Assembly: GCA_964523545.1 (NCBI GenBank)
Contig: CAZFZM010000007.1
Span: 33,777-97,776 of the forward strand
DNA length: 64,000 nt
Source of the DNA: an uncultured Thermotogae bacterium
GTDB lineage: Bacteria; Bipolaricaulota; Bipolaricaulia; UBA7950; UBA9294
Direction of reading: 5' to 3'
In this document: positions 37,514 through 47,199 of the stretch, piece after piece
How the letters are laid out: every line of letters starts with the position of its first letter
How positions within the stretch are numbered: position 1 is the first letter of the stretch
Position numbers and translations under genes: made by a program
Notes under the pieces: generated by a model
What the model was told of the DNA's origin: nothing
Databases searched by the model: none
What the model saw: only the letters and a program-made list of their open reading frames with translations

Positions 37514-40423
37514 ATGGCAGGAACTGGTGAAGCAACAGACCGGCACCACGACCCGGCGACGGACAACCTGTACGAGCAGCTGTTCGAGCAGAGCGTCGAC
37601 GGGATCCTCCTGATCCGAAACGGGGTCGTCCTCCGCGCCAACTCGGCGTTCTGCGCTATGCACGGATACGAGCCGGACAAAGTGATCGGTCGGAGCCCGA
37701 TTGAATTCATTCACCCGGACGACCGAGCGACCGCTCGAGAACGGATGGCCGCCCTCGCAACTGGGCAGCACCTACCGAAGGCGTTCACCTACCGCACCCT
37801 CCATCGCGACGGACGCACGCTGTGGATCGAAGCAACAAGCCGCCCGCTTCAAGGAGACGCTCCGCACAGCTTCCTGGCGATCTGCCGCGACGTCACCGAC
37901 CGACAACGAGCGGCGCGCGCGTTGCGCGAGAACGCGGACAAGCTTCGCGGCGTGATCGAGCACTCGGCCGATGCGATCATCCTCGTCGGCACCGACGGCG
38001 CGATTCTCGAGTGGAACCCGAGCGCCGAGCGGCTCTTCCGAATCCCGCGGTCGGACGCGCTCGAGATGACACTCCCCCAGATCGAGCGACAGCTCGCCTT
38101 CGGAAGCTCGGATGGAGAGGAGTTGCCGCACCGTGCTGACGACATTCTCACGCGCTTCTTCGAACGGGGCGACGAAACCGAGCTCGACATCGAGCGGCAG
38201 ATTGCGTTCACACGGCCGGACGAGACGCGCCGGACGATCCGGGCGATCGCCCGACCGATTCCGACCGAGTGCGGTCGGCTCCTGTGCATCTTCGCGCGCG
38301 ACGTGACCGATGAACGGGAGCACGCGGCGACGCTTCGCGAGAGCGAAGCCCGATACCGAGGTCTGTTCGACAGCCTGCCGATCGGCCTCTACCGGACCAC
38401 TCCGGACGGGCGGATCGTCGACGCCAATCTGGCGCTGGTGGAGATGCTCGGATACCCGGACCGCGAGACGCTCCTCGACACGGCGGTCGAGGACGGCTAC
38501 GCAGAGCGCGAGGCGCGCCGCACCTGGAAACAGCGAATCGAGCGGGACGGCGTGATCGAGGGAGCGGAGGCCGTGTGGCGCACCTACGACGGTCAGGCGC
38601 TGTGGATCGAGGAGAGCGCCAGAGTCGTTCGCGACGAGGACGGACGGGTCGAATTCTACGAGGGATCGGCGAAGGACATCTCCGATCGGAAGCGGATCGA
38701 GGAGGCGCTCGATCGGGAGAAGGCGTACTTCGAGCAGCTGTTCGCCGCGGCTCCCGAGGCCGTCGTCCTCTGCGACAGCAGCGGGAAGGTCCTCCGGATC
38801 AACGCCGAATTCACACGCCTGTTCGGCTACGGCGAAGAAGAGAGCACGGGTGTGGACGTCGACGCGCTCGTCGCGCCGCCGTCCGGCGAGCTCCGGAGCG
38901 AGGCGGAATCGATCACCGAGAAGGTGACCCGCGGAGAGCAGATCTTCATCGAGGCGGGCCGGCGGCGGAAGGACGGTTCCTTCGTCGACGTCTCCGTCCT
39001 CGCTCAACCGATCTTCGTCGGGGACGAGCGGGTCGGCGTCTACGCGATCTACCGCGACATCGGCCCCAGGAAGGCCGCCGAGGAGGCGCTCCGTCGAGAG
39101 AAGGCGCGATTCGAGCAGCTCTACGAGGCGTCTCCCGAGGCGATCGTTCTGTGCACGAACGAGAGCGTCGTCCTCCGAGTGAATTCGGAATTCACGCGCC
39201 TGTTCGGCTACACGAAGGAGGAGGCGATCGGCGCGAACATCGATCGGCTCCTCTCACCGTCGGGGGACGAAATGCTCGAAGAGGCCCTCGCCCTGACGCA
39301 GCGAATCGCCGACGGGAAGAGGGACTCTCTCGAAACCGTCCGCCGGAAGAAGGACGGCGGCTTCGTCCACGTGTCCATTCTCGGGACACCGATCCGGATG
39401 GACGGAGAGCAGATCGCGGTCTACGGAATCTACAGAGACATTTCCGCGCGGAAGGAAGCGGAGGCGGCCCTGGCGAACGCTCGTCGGAGGGTCGAGCGCC
39501 TCCACGAGGCCGCCGGGCGCCTCGAGCGGGCGGAGAGCGAAGACGACGTCTATCGAATCGTCATGGAGACGGCGGAGCACATCCTCGGCTTCTCCTACTG
39601 CGCGATCGACGTCGCCCGGAACGGCCTCCTGATCACCCAGGCCGTCTCTTCGCAGACGCCGAGGTCGCGGATCTGGAGGATGCCGATCGCCAAGGTCGGA
39701 ATCGCTGGCGAGGTCTACCGAGACGGGAAGACGTCGATCGAAAACGACGTCCGAGCCAGTCAGCTGAGTGAGCGATCCTCGAAGCGGATTCGATCGGTGA
39801 TCAGCGTGCCGATCCGCGGCATCGGTGTTTTTCAAGCCGCGTCGTACGAGCCGGGTGCGTTCAATGAAGACGACGCCCGCCACTTGGAGATCCTCCTCGG
39901 CCACGCGGCCGAGGCACTCGCGCGACTCTCCCTGCAGCAGGAACTGATCGACCAAGCGATCCGCGATCCGCTGACCGGCCTGTTCAACCGGCGCTACTTC
40001 AATGAGGTGATCGAGCAGGAGACCCTGCGCGCCACGCGATACGACCATCCGCTCGGACTGATGATGATCGATGTCGACCGGTTCAAGGAGATCAACGACT
40101 GCCTCGGGCACCAGGCCGGCGACGACGTCCTCCGGGAGATCGCCGGCGTGCTGCAGGCATCCGTACGTGAGATCGACTTCATCGTCCGCTACGGCGGCGA
40201 CGAGTTCCTGATCGTCCTCACCGAGACCGGCGAGGAGGCCGAACGTGCGGCGGAACGGATCCGCACCGCCGTCCGAGAGAACACGGAGCTGCGGCGAATC
40301 ACCGGTTTCCCCGTCACGGTGTCGGTCGGAACGACCGCGTGGCGTCCCGATTCCGAGCTGACCGTCGAGCTGGCGCTTGCCCGCGCCGACGAACGGATGT
40401 ACGAGGACAAGCGGCGCGGATAG
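37514..40423 (+). CDS. Multi-PAS / GAF / GGDEF diguanylate cyclase
   Basis: At least 5 PAS modules, a GAF-like segment, and a C-terminal GGDEF domain with an intact RYGGDEF active site and RxxD I-site. Start chosen at ATG 37514 (GAGGAAGAA upstream); a TTG start at 37415 is an alternative. Confidence 0.85.
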   Translation: MAGTGEATDRHHDPATDNLYEQLFEQSVDGILLIRNGVVLRANSAFCAMHGYEPDKVIGRSPIEFIHPDDRATARERMAALATGQHLPKAFTYRTLHRDGRTLWIEATSRPLQGDAPHSFLAICRDVTDRQRAARALRENADKLRGVIEHSADAIILVGTDGAILEWNPSAERLFRIPRSDALEMTLPQIERQLAFGSSDGEELPHRADDILTRFFERGDETELDIERQIAFTRPDETRRTIRAIARPIPTECGRLLCIFARDVTDEREHAATLRESEARYRGLFDSLPIGLYRTTPDGRIVDANLALVEMLGYPDRETLLDTAVEDGYAEREARRTWKQRIERDGVIEGAEAVWRTYDGQALWIEESARVVRDEDGRVEFYEGSAKDISDRKRIEEALDREKAYFEQLFAAAPEAVVLCDSSGKVLRINAEFTRLFGYGEEESTGVDVDALVAPPSGELRSEAESITEKVTRGEQIFIEAGRRRKDGSFVDVSVLAQPIFVGDERVGVYAIYRDIGPRKAAEEALRREKARFEQLYEASPEAIVLCTNESVVLRVNSEFTRLFGYTKEEAIGANIDRLLSPSGDEMLEEALALTQRIADGKRDSLETVRRKKDGGFVHVSILGTPIRMDGEQIAVYGIYRDISARKEAEAALANARRRVERLHEAAGRLERAESEDDVYRIVMETAEHILGFSYCAIDVARNGLLITQAVSSQTPRSRIWRMPIAKVGIAGEVYRDGKTSIENDVRASQLSERSSKRIRSVISVPIRGIGVFQAASYEPGAFNEDDARHLEILLGHAAEALARLSLQQELIDQAIRDPLTGLFNRRYFNEVIEQETLRATRYDHPLGLMMIDVDRFKEINDCLGHQAGDDVLREIAGVLQASVREIDFIVRYGGDEFLIVLTETGEEAERAAERIRTAVRENTELRRITGFPVTVSVGTTAWRPDSELTVELALARADERMYEDKRRG
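38717..39480 (+). repeat. Intragenic tandem duplication of a PAS module (two units of about 380 nt) inside the GGDEF gene
   Basis: Unit 1 begins gagaaggcgtacttcgagcagctgttcgcc...gaattcacacgcctgttcggctac. Unit 2 begins gagaaggcgcgattcgagcagctctacgag...gaattcacgcgcctgttcggctac. Protein units EKAYFEQLFAAAPEAVVLCD... and EKARFEQLYEASPEAIVLCT... are colinear for about 127 aa. Coordinates approximate. Confidence 0.5.
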
Positions 40424-40443
40424 GCCGTTTGAACATCGCCCGT

Positions 40444-40878
40444 ATGGACGAGACGCCTCGCAGCCGGAAGGTCTTCGCCTACGTGATACGCATCACAGAC
40501 GGCGCCTCGGAGCTGCTCGTCCTCGAGTCCCTCGACGAACCGGGATTCGAGGTCCCGAAGGGCGAGGTCGAGGACGGCGAGACGCTCGCCCAGGCCGTCG
40601 AACGCGAGCTGCTCGAGGAGGTTGGGATCACCGGCGCTCGCGTTGTCAGGGAGCTCGGGACGGCCGCCTGGCAGGACGAGCGGCAGCACTTCCTTCTCGT
40701 CGAGGCGCCGTCCGGACTCCCCCGCACGTTCGAGCACACCGTCACCGGCAGCGGGATCGACGCGGGATTCCGCTATCGGTTCCGCTGGCTGCCGGCCGAC
40801 CGCGAACTGCACGATCGACTCGTCCAGGGGTGCGATCGGTTCGTCGATGGGCTGCTCGCCGCGCGCAAGGCCTTGTAG
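40444..40878 (+). CDS. NUDIX hydrolase
   Basis: Nudix box GEVEDGETLAQAVERELLEEVGI. Weak RBS. Lies 20 nt after the GGDEF gene stop. Confidence 0.65.
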   Translation: MDETPRSRKVFAYVIRITDGASELLVLESLDEPGFEVPKGEVEDGETLAQAVERELLEEVGITGARVVRELGTAAWQDERQHFLLVEAPSGLPRTFEHTVTGSGIDAGFRYRFRWLPADRELHDRLVQGCDRFVDGLLAARKAL

Positions 40879-41013
40879 CACCGTTCGGTCGCCGCAGCCG
40901 AAGGGGACCGCGGTCCCGGTTGCGTTGAGTTCCACCGCCCGATAGGATCTCCACGTAGCAGATCTATCTACATTCAAAGAAAGCTCCATCGAGTGCCGGG
41001 TGGGAGGTCGCGG

Positions 41014-42021
41014 ATGCTCTCCTACGTCGTGAAGCGAGTCCTGAGCACCGTTCCGGTCTTCGTCGTCGTCTCGTTCGTCTCGTTCGGCCTGATCTCCCTC
41101 TTCCCCGGAGACTTCTACACTCCGTCGCTGTTCGGCGCGGCGCTGACCGGCCTCGACCCGCACGAGGTCCACGAAGCCCTTCGCGCCATGTCGGGAATCG
41201 ACAAGCCGTTCGTCGTGCAGTGGTGGATTTGGATCAGCGGAGTGGTCACCCGTGGCGACTTCGGGTTCTCCTTCCAGAGCGGCGGCTCGGTGTCGCGCTT
41301 CATCTTCCATCCCGACAGCGGTCTCTACTGGACCCTGATCATCGTCGGCACGTCGATGTTCCTCGCATGGCTGTTCGGGATCCCCCTCGGGATCCTGACG
41401 GCCGTCCGACACAATCGCTGGATCGATTGGCTCATCACCGGCGTCACGTACATGGGGATCTCGATCCCCGGATACGTGCTCGGGTGGATCTTCCTCTGGT
41501 TCATCTTCCGGTTCGTCGACTCGATGGTCTGGAAGTCGTGGCTGTGGGGGCTGTGCCACTACGCGTACCGAGGCCAGCCGCTGACGTGGGCGAAGGCGCT
41601 CAACCACACGTACCACCTCCTCCCGGCGTGGCTGATCGTCGGCGCGCCGATGTTCGCCATCGTCGTCCGCTACTTGAAGATGAGCTTCCTCGACACGCTC
41701 AAGGAACCGTACCTGACGACCGCCCGGTCGAAGGGGTTGAAGGAGGGCCGGGTTCTCCTCAAGCACGCCCTCCGCAACGCGGTCAACCCGTTGGTCAGCA
41801 TGCTCGGCATGATGCTCCCGACGCTTCTCACCGGATCGATCATCGCAACGACCGTCCTCGGCCTCCCGACGTTCGGAAGGCTCTTCCTCAACGCGGTGGA
41901 GAGCCAGGACCAACACGTGCTCACCGCCGCGCTGCTCTTCTACTCCGTCTTCCTCATCGTCGGGAACCTGATCGCCGATCTGCTGCTCGCGGTTCTCGAC
42001 CCGCGGATTCGATACACCTAG
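41014..42021 (+). CDS. ABC peptide/nickel-type permease (DppB/OppB family)
   Basis: GGAGG RBS. Long extracytoplasmic loop after TM1 plus the BPD_transp_1 EAA loop (TARSKGLKEGRV). No cognate DppC, DppD/F or SBP in the window. Confidence 0.8.
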   Translation: MLSYVVKRVLSTVPVFVVVSFVSFGLISLFPGDFYTPSLFGAALTGLDPHEVHEALRAMSGIDKPFVVQWWIWISGVVTRGDFGFSFQSGGSVSRFIFHPDSGLYWTLIIVGTSMFLAWLFGIPLGILTAVRHNRWIDWLITGVTYMGISIPGYVLGWIFLWFIFRFVDSMVWKSWLWGLCHYAYRGQPLTWAKALNHTYHLLPAWLIVGAPMFAIVVRYLKMSFLDTLKEPYLTTARSKGLKEGRVLLKHALRNAVNPLVSMLGMMLPTLLTGSIIATTVLGLPTFGRLFLNAVESQDQHVLTAALLFYSVFLIVGNLIADLLLAVLDPRIRYT

Positions 42022-42049
42022 CGGCGTCTTCCCGAACCCTGAGAGAGAA

Positions 42050-42061
42050 GTGCCCGGGCAC
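42050..42061. repeat. 12-bp perfect palindrome GTGCCCGGGCAC between the convergent dppB-like and subtilase genes
   Basis: Lies 29 nt after the dppB-like stop and about 20 nt after the subtilase stop on the other strand. No U-tract follows. Confidence 0.2.
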
Positions 42062-42080
42062 ACCGCGCTTTCGGAGGGCT

Positions 42081-43442
42081 CTACGGCGCCACCGCACCGG
42101 CGGCGTTGATCCGCCCGTACCCGTAGTACGGATCCGGCCCCGGGGCCCCGAGGTCATCGGCCGATTGGCGCAGTTCGCGGAGGACGTCCGACGGCTTCAT
42201 GGGACCGCCGTTCCTCTCGATGATGAGCGCCGCGACCCCGGCGACGTGCGGAGCCGCCTGGCCGGTGCCGCCGAACCACGCGTACCATTGGTCGTTCGTG
42301 CAGTTGAGCACCAGATCGAAGAACCACAGCGGCAGGTCGAAGTCCGCGTTGCCGCCCGGGGCCGCGAGGTCGATCTGCGAACCGGAATCGGAGTAGAACG
42401 CGAACCGGTCGAGGTCGACGCCGTGGTCGTCCGCCCAGCCGATCGGACCGGTCGCCGACGTAACGGCCGCGCAACTGACGTCGGACGGGACGTGCATCCA
42501 ACCTCGAGCGCCGGTCCCTTCGTGCGCGTCGTTTCCCGCGCTCGCCACGAGGAAGACGCCCTGCTGCTCGGCGTAGTCGAGCGTCTTCTTCAACAGGTTG
42601 ACGAAGCCGGCGATCTCGTTCGTCCCAACGTAGACGTCGCCGGAGCTCGTCCGGACGTACCCGTCCTGCGACACGTACGCGCCGAGGCTCATGTTGGCGA
42701 CGTCCGCGTCGATCGCAACGGCGTAGAGAATCCCCTCGATCATCCAGCTGAAGCTGCCGCTTCCCGCGCCGTCGAGCACCTTGATCGCGACGATCTCTGC
42801 GTTCGGCGCGACGCCGACGACCCCGATCGCGTTGTCGGCGGCCGCAACGATCCCCGCGATGTTCGTTCCGTGCCCGTCCAAGTCGTCGACGAACGGCTCG
42901 TGCGGAACGAACGAGACGGAGAGCGCCGTGTTCAAGTTCGGCGTCAGGTCAGGATGCAGCACGTCGACGCCCGTGTCGAGCACCGCCACGCGCACCCCCG
43001 CACCGGTGTATCCGGCGTTCCACGCCTCCGGCGCGTCGATCGCCAGCATGTCCCACTGGTATTCGGAGAAGAACGGCTCGTCCTCGTCGATGTGCTCGTC
43101 GTTCAGCTCGACGCGCTCGATGTCCGGCAGCCAGCCGATCGCGACGTCGGGGATCGCCACGTCGAACCCGTCCACCCCTTCGATCGCCGCGAGGAAGCCC
43201 GCGTCCCCGGTCACCAGAACCGCGTCGACCTCCTCGAGCACGGCTCGGACCGTCCCGCCGTACGACTCGATCGTCGCTTCGACGTTCTTCGGGAGCTTGT
43301 GGAACGCGAGGATGTAGTCGTCGCCGAGCTCCATCCATTGAAGACCCGCCGGACGCTTCTGTCCGAACCACGACGTGGAGCCGACGAGGATCACCGCCAG
43401 CGCGAACAGACAATACCCGCCCAGGATCAGCCGTCTCTTCAC
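42081..43442 (-). CDS. Prepro-subtilase (S8 family) with Ser-to-Gly at the catalytic serine position
   Basis: Signal peptide and I9 propeptide are present, as are the catalytic Asp (VAVLDTGV), His (DGHGTNIAG) and oxyanion Asn (ASAGND). The GTSMAxPHVAG motif reads GTGQAAPHVAG, with a ggc codon at about 42261-42263. Confidence 0.8.
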   Translation of the reverse strand: MKRRLILGGYCLFALAVILVGSTSWFGQKRPAGLQWMELGDDYILAFHKLPKNVEATIESYGGTVRAVLEEVDAVLVTGDAGFLAAIEGVDGFDVAIPDVAIGWLPDIERVELNDEHIDEDEPFFSEYQWDMLAIDAPEAWNAGYTGAGVRVAVLDTGVDVLHPDLTPNLNTALSVSFVPHEPFVDDLDGHGTNIAGIVAAADNAIGVVGVAPNAEIVAIKVLDGAGSGSFSWMIEGILYAVAIDADVANMSLGAYVSQDGYVRTSSGDVYVGTNEIAGFVNLLKKTLDYAEQQGVFLVASAGNDAHEGTGARGWMHVPSDVSCAAVTSATGPIGWADDHGVDLDRFAFYSDSGSQIDLAAPGGNADFDLPLWFFDLVLNCTNDQWYAWFGGTGQAAPHVAGVAALIIERNGGPMKPSDVLRELRQSADDLGAPGPDPYYGYGRINAAGAVAP

Positions 43443-43552
43443 GCTGTCGCTGTCCCGCTCCCTTCAGCGGACGATGAGATCCGCGTATCAAGTATATCGG
43501 AATATATGCCGAAACGAATTGCCCGATAAGTGAAGGGCGCGTGGTGCCGCCG

Positions 43553-44500
43553 TTACGAGACGCGGTCCGGGTTTGATCCTCGCGCCTGGGACGCGATCAT
43601 CCCGACGAGCATCAGTCCACAGCCGGCGAGCATCCGGGCGGTCATCGCCTCACCCAGGATCAGCCACCCGCCGAGAACGGCAAACGCCCCCTCCAGGCTA
43701 AGGACGATCCCGGCCCGCGTCGGGTCGACCCGCCGCTGCCCGACGACCTGCAGCGTGTAGGCGACGCCGGTCGACAGGAGGCCGGCGTAGAGGATCGGGA
43801 TCCCCGCCCGCAGCAGATCCGCAAACGGAATCCTCTCCGAGATCAGGCCAACGACCAGGCTGAGCGCCCCGCAGATCGTGAACTGGACCGCCGCGATCCG
43901 GATCGGCCGGACCCTCCCCGCCAGCCAGCCGATCACGTGGACGTGCACCGCCCAACCGAACGCGCTCGCGAGAACCAGCCCGTCCCCGAGCCCGAGGCCG
44001 AACCCTCCGGTGACGCTCAACAGGTACAGCCCGGCGACCGCGAGGATTGCGCCGCCCCAGACCGGAAGCCCAATCCGCTGCCTACGCAGCAGCCCGAGAA
44101 CCGGGACGATCACGACGTAGAGGCCGGTGATGAACCCCGCCTTGCCCGCCGTCGTGTACACGATCCCGACCTGCTGCAGCGACGCTGCCGCGAACAGGAC
44201 GAGCCCGGCCAGCGCCAATCCCCACGCGATTCCCTTCCGGCCTGCCGCTTCGGGGACGCGGCGGTCCCGCCGCAGAAGGAGAAGCGGGACAAGCGATGCG
44301 CTACCGAGGAGGAATCGGACGCCGTTGAACGTGAACGGTCCGACGTGTTCCATCCCCGCCCGCTGCGCGACGAACGCGAATCCCCAGATCACCGAGGCGA
44401 GCAGAAGCTGCACCAGGCCGAGGGGCTGGTAACCCCTCCATGCCGGAGTCTCGCTTGCAGGACCGGCTACGGTTCCTGTTGTCGCTCGCCGCCTTCGCAC
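43553..44500 (-). CDS. EamA/DMT-superfamily transporter
   Basis: 10-TM protein with duplicated EamA domains. GTG start preceded by GAGGAAGGTGA. Confidence 0.8.
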   Translation of the reverse strand: MRRRRATTGTVAGPASETPAWRGYQPLGLVQLLLASVIWGFAFVAQRAGMEHVGPFTFNGVRFLLGSASLVPLLLLRRDRRVPEAAGRKGIAWGLALAGLVLFAAASLQQVGIVYTTAGKAGFITGLYVVIVPVLGLLRRQRIGLPVWGGAILAVAGLYLLSVTGGFGLGLGDGLVLASAFGWAVHVHVIGWLAGRVRPIRIAAVQFTICGALSLVVGLISERIPFADLLRAGIPILYAGLLSTGVAYTLQVVGQRRVDPTRAGIVLSLEGAFAVLGGWLILGEAMTARMLAGCGLMLVGMIASQARGSNPDRVS

Positions 44501-44714
44501 TGCTCGTCACCTTCCTCATCGCGCGCGCTGCGCCCGAACCCGCCTTCCACGCAGACGCCGCCACATCGGGCTCACACCGGAGACGAGTGCGCGGAGGCGA
44601 TTCGCGCGAGTATAATCCTGCACCGCCGGGAAGGCGTCGAGCGAACGCCCCACGTTCGGGGACGGCCAACCACACCGGCTGAAAGGCTCTGCTGCGAATC
44701 GAAGGAGGAGACCC

Positions 44715-45647
44715 GTGAAGCACGTCGTGACGTTCCGCGAATGGGAAGCCGAAGAGATTCTGCGGATCATCGATCTCGCCGCCCAAGTCAAGGCAACGCC
44801 GCAGGCGTACGCCGATCGGCTCGCTGGCGACACGCTCATCTTGCTCTTCCAGAAGACGTCGACCCGAACGCGCGTCTCGTTCGAGGTCGGCATGGCCGAG
44901 CTGGGGGGCACCGCGGTGTACCTCGATTGGCGGACGACCAACATCCCCATCACGGATCTCCAGTACGAAACGCGGTACCTCAGCCGGAACTGCTTCGCCC
45001 TCATGGCCCGACTGTTGCACCACGCGGACATGCGGGCGATGGCCGAGGCCGCGACCGTCCCGGTCATCAACGGCCTCGACGACATGTACCACCCGACGCA
45101 GGCCCTCTCCGACTACTTCACCCTCCGGGAGAAGTGGGGGGGCTTCGAAGGGCGGAAGCTCGTCTACGTTGGCGTCCACAACAACGTCGCGAACTCGCTG
45201 CTCGCGATCGGCCCCAGGCTGGGCGTGGAGGTCTGCCTGGTCACGCCGCTCGTGAACGACGCGAGCCTCGACCCGTCGCTGCTCGACGAGGCGGCCGCCA
45301 CCGGCCTGTACCGTTCGTCGGACGACATCCGCGGCGAGATCCTGGAGGCCGACGCCGTCTACGTCGACACGTGGGTGGACATGGAGTTCTACACCGATCC
45401 CGCCTACGAGGACGAGCGGACACGCAGGGAGCGCACCATGATGCCGTTCAAGCTGACCCGCGAGCTGTTGGACGGCTCCGACGCGCTGATCCTGCACGAC
45501 ATGCCGATCCACCCCGGCTTCGAGATCGAGCCGGAGCTCGTCGACGATCCGCGGTCGGTCATCTTCGATCAGGCGGAGAACCTGCGGCACGCGCGAAAGG
45601 CGCTCCTCCTCACCCTGGCGGAAGGGGACGGGAAGAAGCGGAGCTGA
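44715..45647 (+). CDS. Aspartate/ornithine carbamoyltransferase-fold protein (atypical)
   Basis: GAAGGAGGAG RBS and GTG start. STRTR carbamoyl-phosphate motif and HPTQ are present. The HCLP/HPLP motif is replaced by HDMP. Confidence 0.75.
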   Translation: MKHVVTFREWEAEEILRIIDLAAQVKATPQAYADRLAGDTLILLFQKTSTRTRVSFEVGMAELGGTAVYLDWRTTNIPITDLQYETRYLSRNCFALMARLLHHADMRAMAEAATVPVINGLDDMYHPTQALSDYFTLREKWGGFEGRKLVYVGVHNNVANSLLAIGPRLGVEVCLVTPLVNDASLDPSLLDEAAATGLYRSSDDIRGEILEADAVYVDTWVDMEFYTDPAYEDERTRRERTMMPFKLTRELLDGSDALILHDMPIHPGFEIEPELVDDPRSVIFDQAENLRHARKALLLTLAEGDGKKRS

Positions 45648-45692
45648 CCGCCGGGAGCGGCGCGGCCGGCTGTCCGTCCCGAGACTCCGGCG

Positions 45693-46319
45693 CTATCCGC
45701 GACCGGGCGGTCGCACCATGAACCAGATCGGCAGGTTTCCGACCGGCTCGCGCTCCTCGAGGACGGTCTCGAAGCCGCGCTTTCGGTAGAACGCAACGTT
45801 CCCCTCGGTCTGGGTCTCAAGGTAGCAGGGGACGCCGTCCGCGTCGGCCCTCGCCAGCACCGGCTCGAGGAGCCGTCCGCCGATCCCCTGTCCCTGCGCC
45901 TCCGGCGCCACCCCGAGGGTCCACAGGTACCAGTGCGGTCCGGTCATCAGCTCCTTGTGGTGGTTGTCGATGAACCGCATCAGCGCGAAGAACCGGTCGC
46001 GGGCGTCCCTCGGCAGCCGCATCATCGACCGAGGCAGCGCCATGCCGGTCCGGAGCATCTTCCACAGCGTTGTTTTCGTGTTCTCCGGCGCGATCCAACA
46101 GGCCGCCCCCTCCCCCTCGGGCGTCGTCAGCGCCTCGCCGTAGACGCGCGCGAAGCCGATCAGCGCGTCCCACATCGGTCGCAGCAGCGTCCCGCGCGCC
46201 TCGCGATCCGGGAGGACGCACGACCACATCGTGTCGTCGAGGAAGGCGCGGGTCAACGAATCGGCCGCTCGCTCACGAATGGAACGCTTGACGGGGACGA
46301 TCTGGACCTCTCCGTTCAA
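45693..46319 (-). CDS. GNAT-family N-acetyltransferase
   Basis: Motif A QGQGIGGRLL. TTG start preceded by GGAGGAGG (7-nt spacer). Confidence 0.7.
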   Translation of the reverse strand: MNGEVQIVPVKRSIRERAADSLTRAFLDDTMWSCVLPDREARGTLLRPMWDALIGFARVYGEALTTPEGEGAACWIAPENTKTTLWKMLRTGMALPRSMMRLPRDARDRFFALMRFIDNHHKELMTGPHWYLWTLGVAPEAQGQGIGGRLLEPVLARADADGVPCYLETQTEGNVAFYRKRGFETVLEEREPVGNLPIWFMVRPPGRG

Positions 46320-46359
46320 GGTCGGTCCTCCTCCTTCGCGATGCGCACCATCGCGCTCC

Positions 46360-47199
46360 TTACCGCTCCGGCAGCGCCCCGTGGGCCTCGCGGACAAGCG
46401 ACAGCACCCGCTCCGGCAGCCCTTCGGCCTGCCCCTGGTGAAGCAGGCAGCGAAGCAGGTTCCGCGCGTTGACGTAGCGGTGATGGACGCCCGGCAGGTC
46501 TCCGTCGTACCGGGCCTCGGGCACGAGCGACGTGAGCCAATCGCGCACGTCGTTTTCTGCCAGGATCTCGCGCTGCAACGCGCGGATCATCGCCGTCGCC
46601 GCCCGGGCGTCCTCCTCGTGGCCCCAGACCGTCCGGTCGGTCACGAGGTTGCGGCCGAGGCAGTCGAGGATCCCCCGAAGCTTTTCGGCCCCGATCTCCT
46701 CGCACTGCGCCAGCTCCCCGAGCGTGTCGGCCGCATGCGCCGTCGCGTGGGCCCAGAACGTCTCCGGGGAGACGAAGCCGCGCAGATCCTGCTCGGCGTC
46801 GAGATACCGGATCACCGTTTCGACGAGCCGATCGAGCTCCTCGGACGAGAGGTACGCCTTCTCCCGGTGGGCCTGGACGAACGGACCAAGCGCGAGAACC
46901 GCGAACGCGCGCATGTACACCGTGTCCGATCCCGTCTCGCCGGTGCCGAGGAAGAGGTGCTCTTCGTCCGCGATCGTCCAGAGGAGCTCGCGAAGCTCCT
47001 CGTCCGGCAGCTCGCGCCGGATCGCCCAGAGATGGAGGATCCCGTAGACCCTCCACTCGCGAAGCTTCCCGTCCGTCGATCCGAGGAGCGGAAGGATTTC
47101 TTTGCAGAACGTGAACGGGTCGAGGCCTTCAGGCACTGCGCCCTTCGCCTCCACGATCTCTCCGATCCGCGCCAACCGTGCGTCGCCTTGTGAAGTCAT
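46360..47199 (-). CDS. Hypothetical alpha-helical protein (possibly DUF2785-like)
   Basis: 280-aa non-repetitive frame. Start assignment weak, with no clear SD sequence. Confidence 0.45.
   Translation of the reverse strand: MTSQGDARLARIGEIVEAKGAVPEGLDPFTFCKEILPLLGSTDGKLREWRVYGILHLWAIRRELPDEELRELLWTIADEEHLFLGTGETGSDTVYMRAFAVLALGPFVQAHREKAYLSSEELDRLVETVIRYLDAEQDLRGFVSPETFWAHATAHAADTLGELAQCEEIGAEKLRGILDCLGRNLVTDRTVWGHEEDARAATAMIRALQREILAENDVRDWLTSLVPEARYDGDLPGVHHRYVNARNLLRCLLHQGQAEGLPERVLSLVREAHGALPER

Noticed and set aside
42022-42080. Bidirectional rho-independent terminator at the GTGCCCGGGCAC palindrome.
   Set aside because: The stem is short and has no loop as written, and there is no U-rich tract on either strand. 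Kept only as a noted palindrome.
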